Positions 18,402 to 26,796 of a stretch of DNA of 29,185 bases are shown one piece after another. Source of the stretch: a virus (taxonomy: Duplodnaviria > Caudoviricetes); IMG/VR virus record IMGVR_UViG_3300048998_000133, positions 1-29,185 of that record. The stretch is one strand, 5' to 3'. The notes under the pieces were generated by a model. It was not told the DNA's origin. It ran no database searches and was given only the letters and a program-made list of their open reading frames with translations. How positions within the stretch are numbered: the first letter of the stretch is position 1; the number at the start of each line of letters is the position of its first letter. A program made the position numbers and the translations under genes.

Positions 18402-18669
18402 CCGTCACCGCCTTGTCCCACAACAGGGCAGCGACGCCCAGGGCGCACCAACCGGCCCAGGACTGCCACTCGAAGGCGGCCACGACAGGGGAGCCGAAGC
18501 CGACGGTGGCGAAGAGGCCGTTGCGCAGCACCTTGGAGTTGCGGCCAGCCCACGCCAGCAGACGCTTGGTCTTGACGCCCTTGGGCTTCGGGGAGTCGAC
18601 CACCTTCGGCTTGAAGTGCCTGAGGGTGGAGTCCAGCACGCTGGTGTGCTGAGGATCGAGAACGGCCAT
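18385..18669 (-). CDS. Small membrane protein between terminase and portal
   Basis: 94 aa from MAVLDP; basic N-terminus and two hydrophobic segments; GAGG RBS. Confidence 0.65.
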   Translation of the reverse strand: MAVLDPQHTSVLDSTLRHFKPKVVDSPKPKGVKTKRLLAWAGRNSKVLRNGLFATVGFGSPVVAAFEWQSWAGWCALGVAALLWDKAVTDERSR

Positions 18670-18671
18670 GG

Positions 18672-20042
18672 CTACCTCACCCACCGGATGTACTTGGAGC
18701 GGCCCTTGTCCCGGTGGCGCACGACATAGCGCATCGGGTCCATGCCGTGGTCGTTCGCTTTTACTGGCTTTTCCTTGGCCTGGTCCCAGATGTAGCCCGG
18801 GACCTCTTCGATCGTGCAGGTGGGCAGCGACTGCGCAGCCAGGATCTGATCGCGCTCGACGAGGGCGTCTCGCAGAAGGAAGAGACGGGCGTCCTTGAAG
18901 CGCGCCTGCACATCTTGGAGGCCCTCAAGCACGGCCTTGTCGGCAGCGGTGGTCGGCATGCCCACAACGGACTCGAAGTCCGCTCGGCCTTCGGCGTCGT
19001 GGTCGGTGACGATGGCCTGCGGCTTGGGCTCCAGCCACACGCGCTTGCCCTCGTTGCCGTCCTCCTTGGTGCCCATGCGGGTCACCTGGTTGAGGACGTC
19101 CTGGGCGTGCTCACGGACGAGCCGGTGGGTCATGTAGATCTCGCCGTACAGCAGCAGCTCGCCGTCTGGCATCTCAGCCCACCGCTGAAGAACGAACGGG
19201 TTCACGTACCCGAAGTCGATTGCCCAGTAGCGAGGCCAGGACCACGGCAGGCCGGCCTTGCACAACGGGGTGTCCTTGCCGAACACCAGCTGGCGCTCGC
19301 CCAACGAGATCAGGTGGATCGACGGGTCGAAGTCTTCGAAGATCGCGCCCTCGGCAGAAGCCCAGCGACCGAACAACATGCGTTCGCGGAACACCCCGGT
19401 GAGCTTGTGCAGCCTGGCGAGGTAGGCCGCGCCCTCCTCGGTGGGAGTGCCGTCGCGGTTGAAGTAGCGCGGGTTGTCCTTGTGGACGCTGTGCAGCATC
19501 AGGAGATCACCACGGTTTGCCCGCTGCTTCAACCAATGCGTCTCGGCGTCGGGGTTGCAGTCGCCCATCAACAAGGCACGTGACGTGCGTCCGTTGCGCA
19601 GCCGGGTGTTCAGACTGTTCCAGTCGACCTCGAACAGCTGGGTGGCTTCCTGCGCGTAGACGAGGTCGTACTGCGTCGACATGATTTTCACCGGGTCGTC
19701 TAGACCACCGAGGGTGACGGTCGCACCGTTCGAGTACTGGTACTGCGCCGGCTTGCGGACGGAACCGCCGAAGAACGTCACCATGCCGGAATCAAGGGCT
19801 TCCTTGATGACGTCCTCGAACTCCTCAATGAATGAGGCAGACAATGATTTCTGTGTCTTTCTCACCACGAGCGTCTTCGCCTTGCGGTACTTCATCATCG
19901 TCAGGTGGATCTTGATCATGCATGCTCGGGACTTCCCGGTGCCGGCAGGACCCGCCAGCATGATCTCGGGTGCGCGAGAGTTCATCATCTCGGCGGCAGC
20001 GCCGTAAACGCGGTAGCTGACTTCCATCACGGCGGCGGTCAC
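18672..20042 (-). CDS. Terminase large subunit (PBSX/T4-like family)
   Basis: Walker A GPAGTGKS, Walker B-like LVYAQE, DCNP coupling motif, nuclease IDFG and DHGMD. Confidence 0.95.
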   Translation of the reverse strand: MTAAVMEVSYRVYGAAAEMMNSRAPEIMLAGPAGTGKSRACMIKIHLTMMKYRKAKTLVVRKTQKSLSASFIEEFEDVIKEALDSGMVTFFGGSVRKPAQYQYSNGATVTLGGLDDPVKIMSTQYDLVYAQEATQLFEVDWNSLNTRLRNGRTSRALLMGDCNPDAETHWLKQRANRGDLLMLHSVHKDNPRYFNRDGTPTEEGAAYLARLHKLTGVFRERMLFGRWASAEGAIFEDFDPSIHLISLGERQLVFGKDTPLCKAGLPWSWPRYWAIDFGYVNPFVLQRWAEMPDGELLLYGEIYMTHRLVREHAQDVLNQVTRMGTKEDGNEGKRVWLEPKPQAIVTDHDAEGRADFESVVGMPTTAADKAVLEGLQDVQARFKDARLFLLRDALVERDQILAAQSLPTCTIEEVPGYIWDQAKEKPVKANDHGMDPMRYVVRHRDKGRSKYIRWVR

Positions 20043-20575
20043 AGGTTGTCCACGTCAACGCCATGGACGGTGTACTTAATCTCGACGCTGCCGCTGTTCT
20101 CCACCTTGACGGCGGAATCCAGGCCAAGAAGCTTGGCGACGCGGTCTTCCACCTTCAGCAATGCCTGCTCGGCCTGAATGTTGATGGTGGGATCGAGAAC
20201 AATGGAACCGCGGCCATCATTGATGACGGCGCTGACATTGCCCTCGTCGTCCTCGACGATCTCCGGCAGACCCTCACGCACGACCTTGCCGTTGACGGCC
20301 ACGCGAGGGTGCTGGCTGGTCGCGATGGGGGACAGACGCGACCGCTGCTCCTCCAGGCGCTCTAGCATCGCGACGCGGTGCTCATGGACCGCTTCGGCCG
20401 GAATCGACTGTAGATGCGCCTGCTTGATCTGGTGGATGCGCTGGCGCGTGAGCGTGAAGTGTTCGGCGACTCGTTGAGCGCTGACTCCGGCCGTGAGCAT
20501 GCGGATGATCTCGGCGTTACGGTTCGCCTCAACCATCTGCTGCTCTGTGCTGCGGAAGTCCGACACGTAAAGCAC
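20039..20575 (-). CDS. Terminase small subunit (start may be 20536)
   Basis: N-terminal HTH (SAQRVAEHFTLTRQRIHQI), C-terminal 'AKLLGLD'; overlaps the large terminase start. Confidence 0.8.
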   Translation of the reverse strand: MLYVSDFRSTEQQMVEANRNAEIIRMLTAGVSAQRVAEHFTLTRQRIHQIKQAHLQSIPAEAVHEHRVAMLERLEEQRSRLSPIATSQHPRVAVNGKVVREGLPEIVEDDEGNVSAVINDGRGSIVLDPTINIQAEQALLKVEDRVAKLLGLDSAVKVENSGSVEIKYTVHGVDVDNL

Positions 20576-20738
20576 CTTCGCGTCAAGTTGACCGTCAAGC
20601 GAAGGTTACGTGCGGAACGCGCATTTCCGCAGGTTTGTGAAGGTAGTTGGGCACTTCAACTACCTAATCGTTATCGAATATAAGGTTCCTTATACGACCA
20701 TTTTAAATGGTTATCACGGTGAGTAAGCGGTGTTTACC
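20564..20738. promoter_or_regulatory. AT-rich late promoter/packaging region with tandem inverted repeats
   Basis: Intergenic, visibly AT-rich, six consecutive inverted repeats. Confidence 0.6.
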
Positions 20739-21019
20739 TACTCGTAGCCGCGCTTCGCCATCAGCTCGTAGCAGCGCCGGATGTCGTCGTAGGTGAGCTT
20801 CGGTGGGTCCGTGATCTGGGTGGGCACCTGCGGCCGGCCGAAGACCATCTCATCGACCATCCGCTCTGTGTCTCGGACCATCGACTCGATGACGGCCCCC
20901 AGGAGCCGCATGTCGGCCTCACGCTCCTGCGGGGTGGTGGACTCGGCCCACCTCCATCGGATCGTGCACAGGTCGCTCTGGGGGTCCGTGTGGACGATCT
21001 CGAAGGGCGGCTCGTGCAT
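20738..21019 (-). CDS. Hypothetical protein (93 aa)
   Basis: TGATG coupling to the rep stop; normal codon usage. Confidence 0.65.
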   Translation of the reverse strand: MHEPPFEIVHTDPQSDLCTIRWRWAESTTPQEREADMRLLGAVIESMVRDTERMVDEMVFGRPQVPTQITDPPKLTYDDIRRCYELMAKRGYE

Positions 21020-22782
21020 CAGACACCCACCAGCAGGTCGCCCAAGTGCTTCTCCCGCAGCGTGATGTGCTCGGACTTCTGGCTGACGTACTCGCCGACC
21101 CGGTCACGGGCGAACGCCTCGTTCAGCTCGTCCATCTCCTCGGGCGCGGCGTCGAGAAGCGCGTTGATCTCCCGCTCGTGCAGCTTGGCCAGGAGCTCGC
21201 GACGGCCCTGCTCGGTCTTGGCCCGCTCGCGGTTGCGGCTCTTGGCGGCCAGCTGCTGGATGCGGTTGCGGTCCACGGTGGAGTGTTCCTCCTCGTCACG
21301 CTGCATGGGGATGGCCACGGGCAGCTCGACGGCGTCGGGCTGGTCAGAGCTAATACCCTTCTCCAGGGTATTAACCGAGCGTGACTCTTGATCACCTTCG
21401 GTTGAGGTCAAGATCTTGACCTCAACGGCCGGCTCCTGGGCCACGTCGCCGCGCACCCGGTTGCTCATTCGCGTGAGCATGGCCCGGCTCTCGGCCTGCT
21501 GTTCGGGAGTCTGGGCCGCACGCTGCTTGTCGTGCTCCGCCTTGCGCGCCTCGTTCTCGGCGTGCTCGGTCTCGAACGCCTCGACCACCTGCTCATGGGT
21601 CCGCGCCTTCAGCACCGTGGTCCTGGTGTCGTCCATGTGCCAGCAGTTGAAGAAGAAGGTTCGCAGGGTGCTGGTGTGGAACGGCTTGTCCGGCCGATCG
21701 TGGGTTACGACAACCTTCCTGGTCTTGGTGTCGTCGCCGTACGCCTCGTGTGTGAAGGTGCCCAGGATCTTGTCGATGGTGTCGTTCATCAGCTTCGGCT
21801 CGTACTGCTCGTCAACCAGGAAATAGCAGAGGATCGACTGGAGCTGTGTGACCCAGGGCTCCTCGATCACCTCGCCGGGCTTCTTGCCGGCCACCAGGCG
21901 CTCCCAGTACGGCCGCCAGTCGTGGCTGGGTGCGTAGTCGGCCAAGAGGTCCAGGGCCTCACGGTCGTACCGGTGATCAGGCAACGCGGCGTTCTTGGTG
22001 GCCTTGCGGGACCGCGCCGGCTTCTTCTCGGCCAAGTCACCTGAACGACGGAAGCGTGGGCGTGCGGTGTCCTTGGGCGGGTTGATGGTCTCGATCTGCC
22101 TCGCGTCTTCTTTGTGGCCGCAGGCCACGTCAGTCAGCTGCTCGGGGGGTGGCGCACAAGAAGATGTGTGTACGACCTGGTCTGACCCCGTGGTCTGGTG
22201 CCTGATCTGGTGCCTGGTCTGTTCGTGTAGGTACTGGCTACCACCCTGGTCGTCAGTAGCAACCACCCCTGGTTGCTGTTGGCTACCACCCTGGTTGGCG
22301 TTGGCTACCACCCCTGGTGCCTGGGAGACATCACCCTGGTTGCTAGTAGCGACCACCCCCAGGAACCAGGTCTCGCCGGCCTGGTCGTGCAGGGTGTACA
22401 GCGAGCTGGTCGGCGAGCCCTTCTCGTTGAACCGGAGCTCGATCGCCAGGACGCCCTCAGACTCCAGCTCCCGCAGGCCCTTGCGCATGAGGTCGACCGA
22501 GCACCGCACCTCCCTGGCCAAGGTGGGGAGCGACGGCCAGCACGTCTGGTCGTTGGGGTGCGGCTCCTCATCGGGACGACGGACGTAGAAGCCCAGCGCG
22601 GTCAGCGCGAGCACGCCTCGGTAGGTGAGGTCCTTGGACGCGAACTTGATCGCCCTGCGGCGGACCATCGAGAAGATCTCGGTCTCGTCGTACTGCTGCT
22701 GCCGGTCGTCCTGTCCAACCTGGTCCGGCAGCTTGGCGTCTTCGAGCTTTGAGGGAGTCATCTCAGACTGGTACCCTGACAT
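21019..22782 (-). CDS. Replication initiator, N-terminal winged HTH (HTH_36-like)
   Basis: 'CWPSLPTLAREVRCS....RKGLRELE..G.L....R......SSLYTL'; internal iterons; start at 22782 chosen for its AAGGAA RBS. Confidence 0.8.
   Translation of the reverse strand: MSGYQSEMTPSKLEDAKLPDQVGQDDRQQQYDETEIFSMVRRRAIKFASKDLTYRGVLALTALGFYVRRPDEEPHPNDQTCWPSLPTLAREVRCSVDLMRKGLRELESEGVLAIELRFNEKGSPTSSLYTLHDQAGETWFLGVVATSNQGDVSQAPGVVANANQGGSQQQPGVVATDDQGGSQYLHEQTRHQIRHQTTGSDQVVHTSSCAPPPEQLTDVACGHKEDARQIETINPPKDTARPRFRRSGDLAEKKPARSRKATKNAALPDHRYDREALDLLADYAPSHDWRPYWERLVAGKKPGEVIEEPWVTQLQSILCYFLVDEQYEPKLMNDTIDKILGTFTHEAYGDDTKTRKVVVTHDRPDKPFHTSTLRTFFFNCWHMDDTRTTVLKARTHEQVVEAFETEHAENEARKAEHDKQRAAQTPEQQAESRAMLTRMSNRVRGDVAQEPAVEVKILTSTEGDQESRSVNTLEKGISSDQPDAVELPVAIPMQRDEEEHSTVDRNRIQQLAAKSRNRERAKTEQGRRELLAKLHEREINALLDAAPEEMDELNEAFARDRVGEYVSQKSEHITLREKHLGDLLVGV
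21401..21426. repeat. Perfect 26-bp palindrome GTTGAGGTCAAGA/TCTTGACCTCAAC
   Basis: Read directly; no spacer; inside the rep coding sequence. Confidence 0.9.
22235..22363. repeat. Iteron-like array, putative replication origin
   Basis: Six degenerate copies of T(G/A)GC(T/A)ACCACCC(C)TGGT at about 22-23 bp period inside rep. Confidence 0.75.
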
Positions 22783-22861
22783 GGCCTGATGTTCCTTTCC
22801 AAAGAATACCGTGAATGCAGCCCGCGAAGAATGCATTCACCTACTGAAAATAATTCTTTCG

Positions 22862-22896
22862 AGAAGCCCTGCGTCCTCCACAGACGCGGGGCTTCT
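22862..22896. terminator. Hairpin upstream of rep (terminator/attenuator)
   Basis: AGAAGCCCTGCGTC...GACGCGGGGCTTCT stem. Confidence 0.5.
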
Positions 22897-23016
22897 TGCT
22901 GTCTCGGGTCCATCTTGCCACCGAGATGACCTTGATCGACAACCCGGACTTGGTTTGTAGCAACCTTTGTAGCAGGTGGGGGTTATCTGTGTATCAAGGT
23001 TCCTTGCTAATCGATA

Positions 23017-23286
23017 TCAGGAAGCCTGATAACCCAGCAATGTGTACCTGCTGGGGCCTGGCCGGCTGTCAACGCCAGGGATCCGCACGGTGCGCTCCAC
23101 CTGGAGAAACCCTGCCGCGACCAGCTCCTTGACCGCCCTGCGCACGGTCGTGCTGGCCATCGACGTCTGCTTCACAAGCGTGGCCAGGCTCATGTTGACC
23201 ACCTGTTTCTGACTCGACGCGAGAACGAGGTAGACGAGCTTTGCGCTGCTACCGAGGCTCTCGTTAGCGAGGACTGTCGATACCAC
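23017..23286 (-). CDS. Small winged-HTH DNA-binding protein (HTH_36-like)
   Basis: 89 aa; 'AKLVYLVL...SLATL.......TTVRRAVKELVAAGFL...YTL'; GGAGG RBS. Confidence 0.8.
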   Translation of the reverse strand: MVSTVLANESLGSSAKLVYLVLASSQKQVVNMSLATLVKQTSMASTTVRRAVKELVAAGFLQVERTVRIPGVDSRPGPSRYTLLGYQAS

Positions 23287-23315
23287 TCTGGTCCTCCACT
23301 TCGAACTGTTCCATG

Positions 23316-23330
23316 TGCTACGGTAACACC
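23316..23330 (+). promoter_or_regulatory. Putative extended -10 promoter for a leaderless transcript
   Basis: TGcTACGGT ending 6 nt before ATG 23331; no RBS. Confidence 0.5.
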
Positions 23331-23648
23331 ATGAGCACGTCGACTAACAGGGTCGATGCCTCGGTCACTCGGATCGCCAACTGGGCCGGATCCGTCCGTC
23401 TCAGCGTGATGGTCTGCGGCCTGGCCCTGGGCACAATCTCGACCATTCTATTCTTTGCGGCGACGATAGGGTTTTCATTGTTGCTGCTGTTGTGGGTCGG
23501 CCTTCTGGCTGTCCTGGGCGTGGGGTACTGGGTGCTGGCGCAGCACAGCGAGCGCAGCCACCGACGCGAGGTTGACGCCGCCTGGGCGGCACTTCACCAG
23601 GCCAGCACGGCGCACCACGTCACCGTCATCGAGAAGGAGAACGCATGA
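23331..23648 (+). CDS. Membrane protein with two predicted transmembrane helices
   Basis: Long hydrophobic stretch; ATGA overlap with the next gene. Confidence 0.7.
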   Translation: MSTSTNRVDASVTRIANWAGSVRLSVMVCGLALGTISTILFFAATIGFSLLLLLWVGLLAVLGVGYWVLAQHSERSHRREVDAAWAALHQASTAHHVTVIEKENA

Positions 23649-24244
23649 GGACCTCTGGGCAGCGCTACCGCCGGACGCTGGAGCACTACCCGATCTTCCG
23701 GGCCTACCGCGAGATCAGGGCGAACGAGCCGGAGACGCACCCGACCGACGCCGTCACGACGGCGCTGCGCGAGGTCAAGTCGATGCCCTGCGACGTCGAG
23801 ATCGTCGAGGCGCTCTACAAGCTCTTCGCCGGCCTGGAGTCCAGCCTCAGCGAGGAGAAGCCGTTGACCGACGAGCAGATCGGCTACACCGGCATGACGT
23901 TGCCCAACGGCGACCGCGAGTGGAGGGACCCTGACTACGAGCGGCCGAGCCTGGTGCACGTCCAGGTAGGACACAACACCGAAGGCTGGGGCACCGTCAT
24001 GCAATACGCGAGCGAGCCCGGCGGCAGCGTCCGGGTCATCGTCTGGGATGAGCCCACGGTCTGGTTCGACGCCCAGCTGTTGCCGGGTGAGTACGTGCTG
24101 CCCGAGGACTGCGTCCAGCTGCCCGCTCAGTACGACCGGGAGAGCTGGACCGACGAGGGCTACGACAACGTCCGCCTGGCCCACGCTGAGCGGCTGTGGA
24201 ACGGCTTCAAGCCGACCGAGGACAAGAAGGTGACGGTGCTGTGA
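23645..24244 (+). CDS. Hypothetical protein (199 aa)
   Basis: AAGGAG RBS, ATGA overlap, GC3-rich codons. Confidence 0.8.
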   Translation: MRTSGQRYRRTLEHYPIFRAYREIRANEPETHPTDAVTTALREVKSMPCDVEIVEALYKLFAGLESSLSEEKPLTDEQIGYTGMTLPNGDREWRDPDYERPSLVHVQVGHNTEGWGTVMQYASEPGGSVRVIVWDEPTVWFDAQLLPGEYVLPEDCVQLPAQYDRESWTDEGYDNVRLAHAERLWNGFKPTEDKKVTVL

Positions 24245-24555
24245 GCGAGCCCAAGCAGAAGGTCGAGCTGCCCAAGGCCGTTGGGCCAGAGCGCACCGAT
24301 CCCTACTTCACCCGCGTCGCGGTCCTGAGGTACGCCCTGGGGGGCGACACGGAGCGCGTCAAGGCCGCGTTAGTGGAGCTCTCCGACGAGCAGGTTGCCC
24401 AGCTGGCCAAGATCTTCACGGACCTGGCCGACATCACCAAGCGTTGGCAGATCAGCAAGAACCAGCTGGCCGAGAGCGTGCACAACCTGCGGATGGTGCG
24501 CCACTCGGGCCGCTACAACGGCTTCCCCGTCAGCGACCTGAACTTCGAGGACTGA
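24241..24555 (+). CDS. Hypothetical protein (104 aa, MSEPKQKVEL...)
   Basis: GTGA overlap; TTA codon at 24370-24372. Confidence 0.7.
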   Translation: MSEPKQKVELPKAVGPERTDPYFTRVAVLRYALGGDTERVKAALVELSDEQVAQLAKIFTDLADITKRWQISKNQLAESVHNLRMVRHSGRYNGFPVSDLNFED

Positions 24556-24556
24556 G

Positions 24557-24982
24557 ATGAATGCCTGGGACAGCGGCGAGATCGCCCCACGTGTGTACCA
24601 GATCGACGACAGGTTCTTCCTGACCGTGGTGGTGCCCCGGCGGTACGTCGAGACGCTTACCGAAGATGAATACACCGGGATGGTGTCCGAGGCAGCCATC
24701 ATGCTGCGGGGCGCGTTCTGGGCCATCCATGAGGACAAGGTCACGCTGCCGCCGGTCATGGAGTTGTCGGTCCAGGAGTCCGACGAGGACTACGACTTCC
24801 TGAGCCAGGACGACAGCCTCAAGTACCAGTTCGTGTTGCGGGTGCCGAAGGAGGCGTTGGGCGCGATGGACGACCGGATCCTGGAGGACGTCGTCAAGGC
24901 ACGGCAGCGCACGTTCGGCGAGAACCTGCTCAAGTCGCTGACGGACAAGAGAAATGAGCTGGTGTCCGGTGTCGGCCGCTGA
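24557..24982 (+). CDS. Hypothetical protein (141 aa)
   Basis: GAGG RBS, tight operon packing. Confidence 0.75.
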   Translation: MNAWDSGEIAPRVYQIDDRFFLTVVVPRRYVETLTEDEYTGMVSEAAIMLRGAFWAIHEDKVTLPPVMELSVQESDEDYDFLSQDDSLKYQFVLRVPKEALGAMDDRILEDVVKARQRTFGENLLKSLTDKRNELVSGVGR

Positions 24983-25145
24983 GAAGGCGGTCACGGCCTC
25001 TGCGGTGAAGTCCATCGATGGGATCCGCGAAGACCTCGCCAAGCTGATTCAGGTGCTGACGACCGTCACCGACCTCCTGGGCAAGACCAACGCCGGTCTC
25101 GAACGGATCGCCGTATCGCTGAGGGAGCCCTCGAAGAAGAAGTGA
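24969..25145 (+). CDS. Small coiled-coil-like protein (start 24969 or 24954)
   Basis: Heptad-like pattern; ends before a terminator. Confidence 0.55.
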   Translation: MSAAEKAVTASAVKSIDGIREDLAKLIQVLTTVTDLLGKTNAGLERIAVSLREPSKKK

Positions 25146-25155
25146 CCGAAGTGGA

Positions 25156-25194
25156 CGAAGGCCCTGCCGACGAGAGGAAGCGGCAGGGCCTTCG
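25156..25194. terminator. Terminator hairpin between convergent genes
   Basis: 14-bp perfect stem CGAAGGCCCTGCCG/CGGCAGGGCCTTCG. Confidence 0.75.
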
Positions 25195-25210
25195 CGGGTT
25201 CAAGGGTAGT

Positions 25211-25465
25211 TCAGCGACCGAGCTTCCGCGCTCGACGGACGATCGCTGATCTGCGGGCTAGTTCGATCATCTTGGCTCGACGTAGATCTTCCGCGCGCTG
25301 AAGACGGACTCCTTCTGGCAGAACACCTTCGGGATCGACTTCCTTTGCCAGCTTGGCCAGCCACCCTCGGCAAGCCGGCTGCATGGCGGCAGCATGATCC
25401 GGAGTCTTGGCCCATTTGGCTAGAGCCGCTGCGCGCATCTGAAGCGACTTGTCGGTGTCAGCCAT
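25211..25465 (-). CDS. Small basic protein downstream of the integrase (start may be GTG 25471)
   Basis: 'AAALAKWAKT.D...EVDPEG.L....R..RAE' pattern recalled from actinobacterial integrative elements (not verified). Confidence 0.7.
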   Translation of the reverse strand: MADTDKSLQMRAAALAKWAKTPDHAAAMQPACRGWLAKLAKEVDPEGVLPEGVRLQRAEDLRRAKMIELARRSAIVRRARKLGR

Positions 25466-25632
25466 CGGCACGTCCTGTTCACGTCAGCTCCTCCGGTGCG
25501 GTGCGGTCCAGTAGTGGACGCACTCCAACACAGCGTGAGCGTCGTGCACAAGTTGATCAGCGCCGAGAAGCCCTTGTGTAGCAAGGATTCTTGTACGGAT
25601 TCGAGAGAAGTTAGGCCGAACGAAGTAATGAG

Positions 25633-26532
25633 TCAGACCCTGTTTCCTCGACCCAAGCGTTGTGCTGCGGCCTTGGCGCGGGCGTCTGCGGCGGCGAGGC
25701 CGTAGCGCTCCAGCATCGTGTCCGACGACCAGCCGGCGAGCCTCTTGAGATCGCGCTCCTGACCGCCGGCCATGAGGAAGTCGTGGGCGAAGCTGTGGCG
25801 GAAGCGGTGGGGGTGGACACCCTTGATGCCGACAAGGGCCCCACGATCCCTCAGCATGCAGCGGACGCCGTCCGTCTTCATCGGACCCCGCTGGCCGAGG
25901 AAGAGCGCCCGCTCGTGCGCGTGGGGGTGCTTAAGGCGGTCGCGGAGGTACCGGTCCAGGGCCCGGCTGGTCTTGGCGCAGAAGTAGATCATCCTGGGCT
26001 TGCGGCCCTTGCCGACGATGAGCGCGCCCTCGGCGTCGAGGTCGATCTGCTCAACCTCCAACGAGCACAGCTCGCCCACCCGGACTCCGCAGTCCATCAG
26101 GAGCCTGATGATGGCCTCGTCCCTGCGGTCGTAGAAGCTCTTGGTCTTGCACGTGCCCAACAGCGCGGCGATCTCGTCGTCGCTGAGCAGCTCCACCGGC
26201 TTGATCGGCACGGTCGGCGACTTCAGGTTGGCCATCGGGTTTGCGTCGATGAGCTCCTCGGCCACCGCCCACAGGCAGAATCTCAGCAGCCCCTTATGCC
26301 GGGTCTGGACGGTGGCCGGCTCGCTGACGGCGGACAGGTCGATCATCCAGTCCCGGATCAGGTCCCGGGTCAGGTTGTCCGTCGTCGACTCGTGGCCGTT
26401 GCGAGCCAGCCACTCGGCGTAGAAGAGCGGCGCGGCCGAGTACGTGGTGATCGTGTGTGGGCTCTTGCCCTCGGCTCGAAGGTCTCGCCGGAACGATCTC
26501 AGCAGGTCTTCCAAGCGGCTGCTCATGATCAT
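25633..26532 (-). CDS. int: Tyrosine recombinase/integrase (XerC/D-like)
   Basis: Catalytic R (CGVRVGE), K (GKGRK), HxxR (HRFRH), W (AGW) and Y (LERY); GGAGG RBS before 26532/26526. Confidence 0.93.
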   Translation of the reverse strand: MIMSSRLEDLLRSFRRDLRAEGKSPHTITTYSAAPLFYAEWLARNGHESTTDNLTRDLIRDWMIDLSAVSEPATVQTRHKGLLRFCLWAVAEELIDANPMANLKSPTVPIKPVELLSDDEIAALLGTCKTKSFYDRRDEAIIRLLMDCGVRVGELCSLEVEQIDLDAEGALIVGKGRKPRMIYFCAKTSRALDRYLRDRLKHPHAHERALFLGQRGPMKTDGVRCMLRDRGALVGIKGVHPHRFRHSFAHDFLMAGGQERDLKRLAGWSSDTMLERYGLAAADARAKAAAQRLGRGNRV

Positions 26533-26568
26533 CACCCCTCCACTTCGAGGGCGAAGGTATAGCTTGAG

Positions 26569-26736
26569 CAAGCGTCGTGCACGCAACCCTTGTTCGGGAT
26601 CGTGTACTGTTTTGCCTGGTAGGAGCCTGGGATGCACCTCGCCGGGAGCTTGGAACTCACCGGATACCAATCTGGTATCGACGATCCAAGCGTCGTGCTG
26701 ACCTGCAAAGACGCAGGTCGCGCCGAAGCGTCGTGC
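26569..26736 (+). repeat. Three direct repeats AAGCGTCGTGC upstream of the integrase (candidate attP/regulatory region)
   Basis: Copies at 26570-26580, 26688-26698 and 26726-26736; related copies at 25538-25547 and 25654-25665. Confidence 0.75.
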
Positions 26737-26796
26737 GCCCAGTTATCGCGCGAGTTTCGACCGAGGAACTCGCCTGACTGAGGCGGAGACACAGCG

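Noticed and set aside
18385-18669. Calling this membrane protein a holin
   Set aside because: Only hydrophobicity supports it; its position between terminase and portal and the lack of an adjacent lysin argue against a firm call
2346-19583. Long plus-strand ORFs (e.g. 2346..3806, 12156..13520, 14648..16318, 16015..17205, 18714..19583)
   Set aside because: Antisense shadows of well-supported minus-strand genes, expected in high-GC DNA; no motifs
22235-22363. Repeat array considered as a CRISPR array
   Set aside because: Degenerate repeats with spacers of only a few bases, inside a coding sequence, and no cas genes
26580-26700. tRNA or tmRNA 3' fragment as att core
   Set aside because: No convincing T-loop/acceptor-stem pattern on either strand
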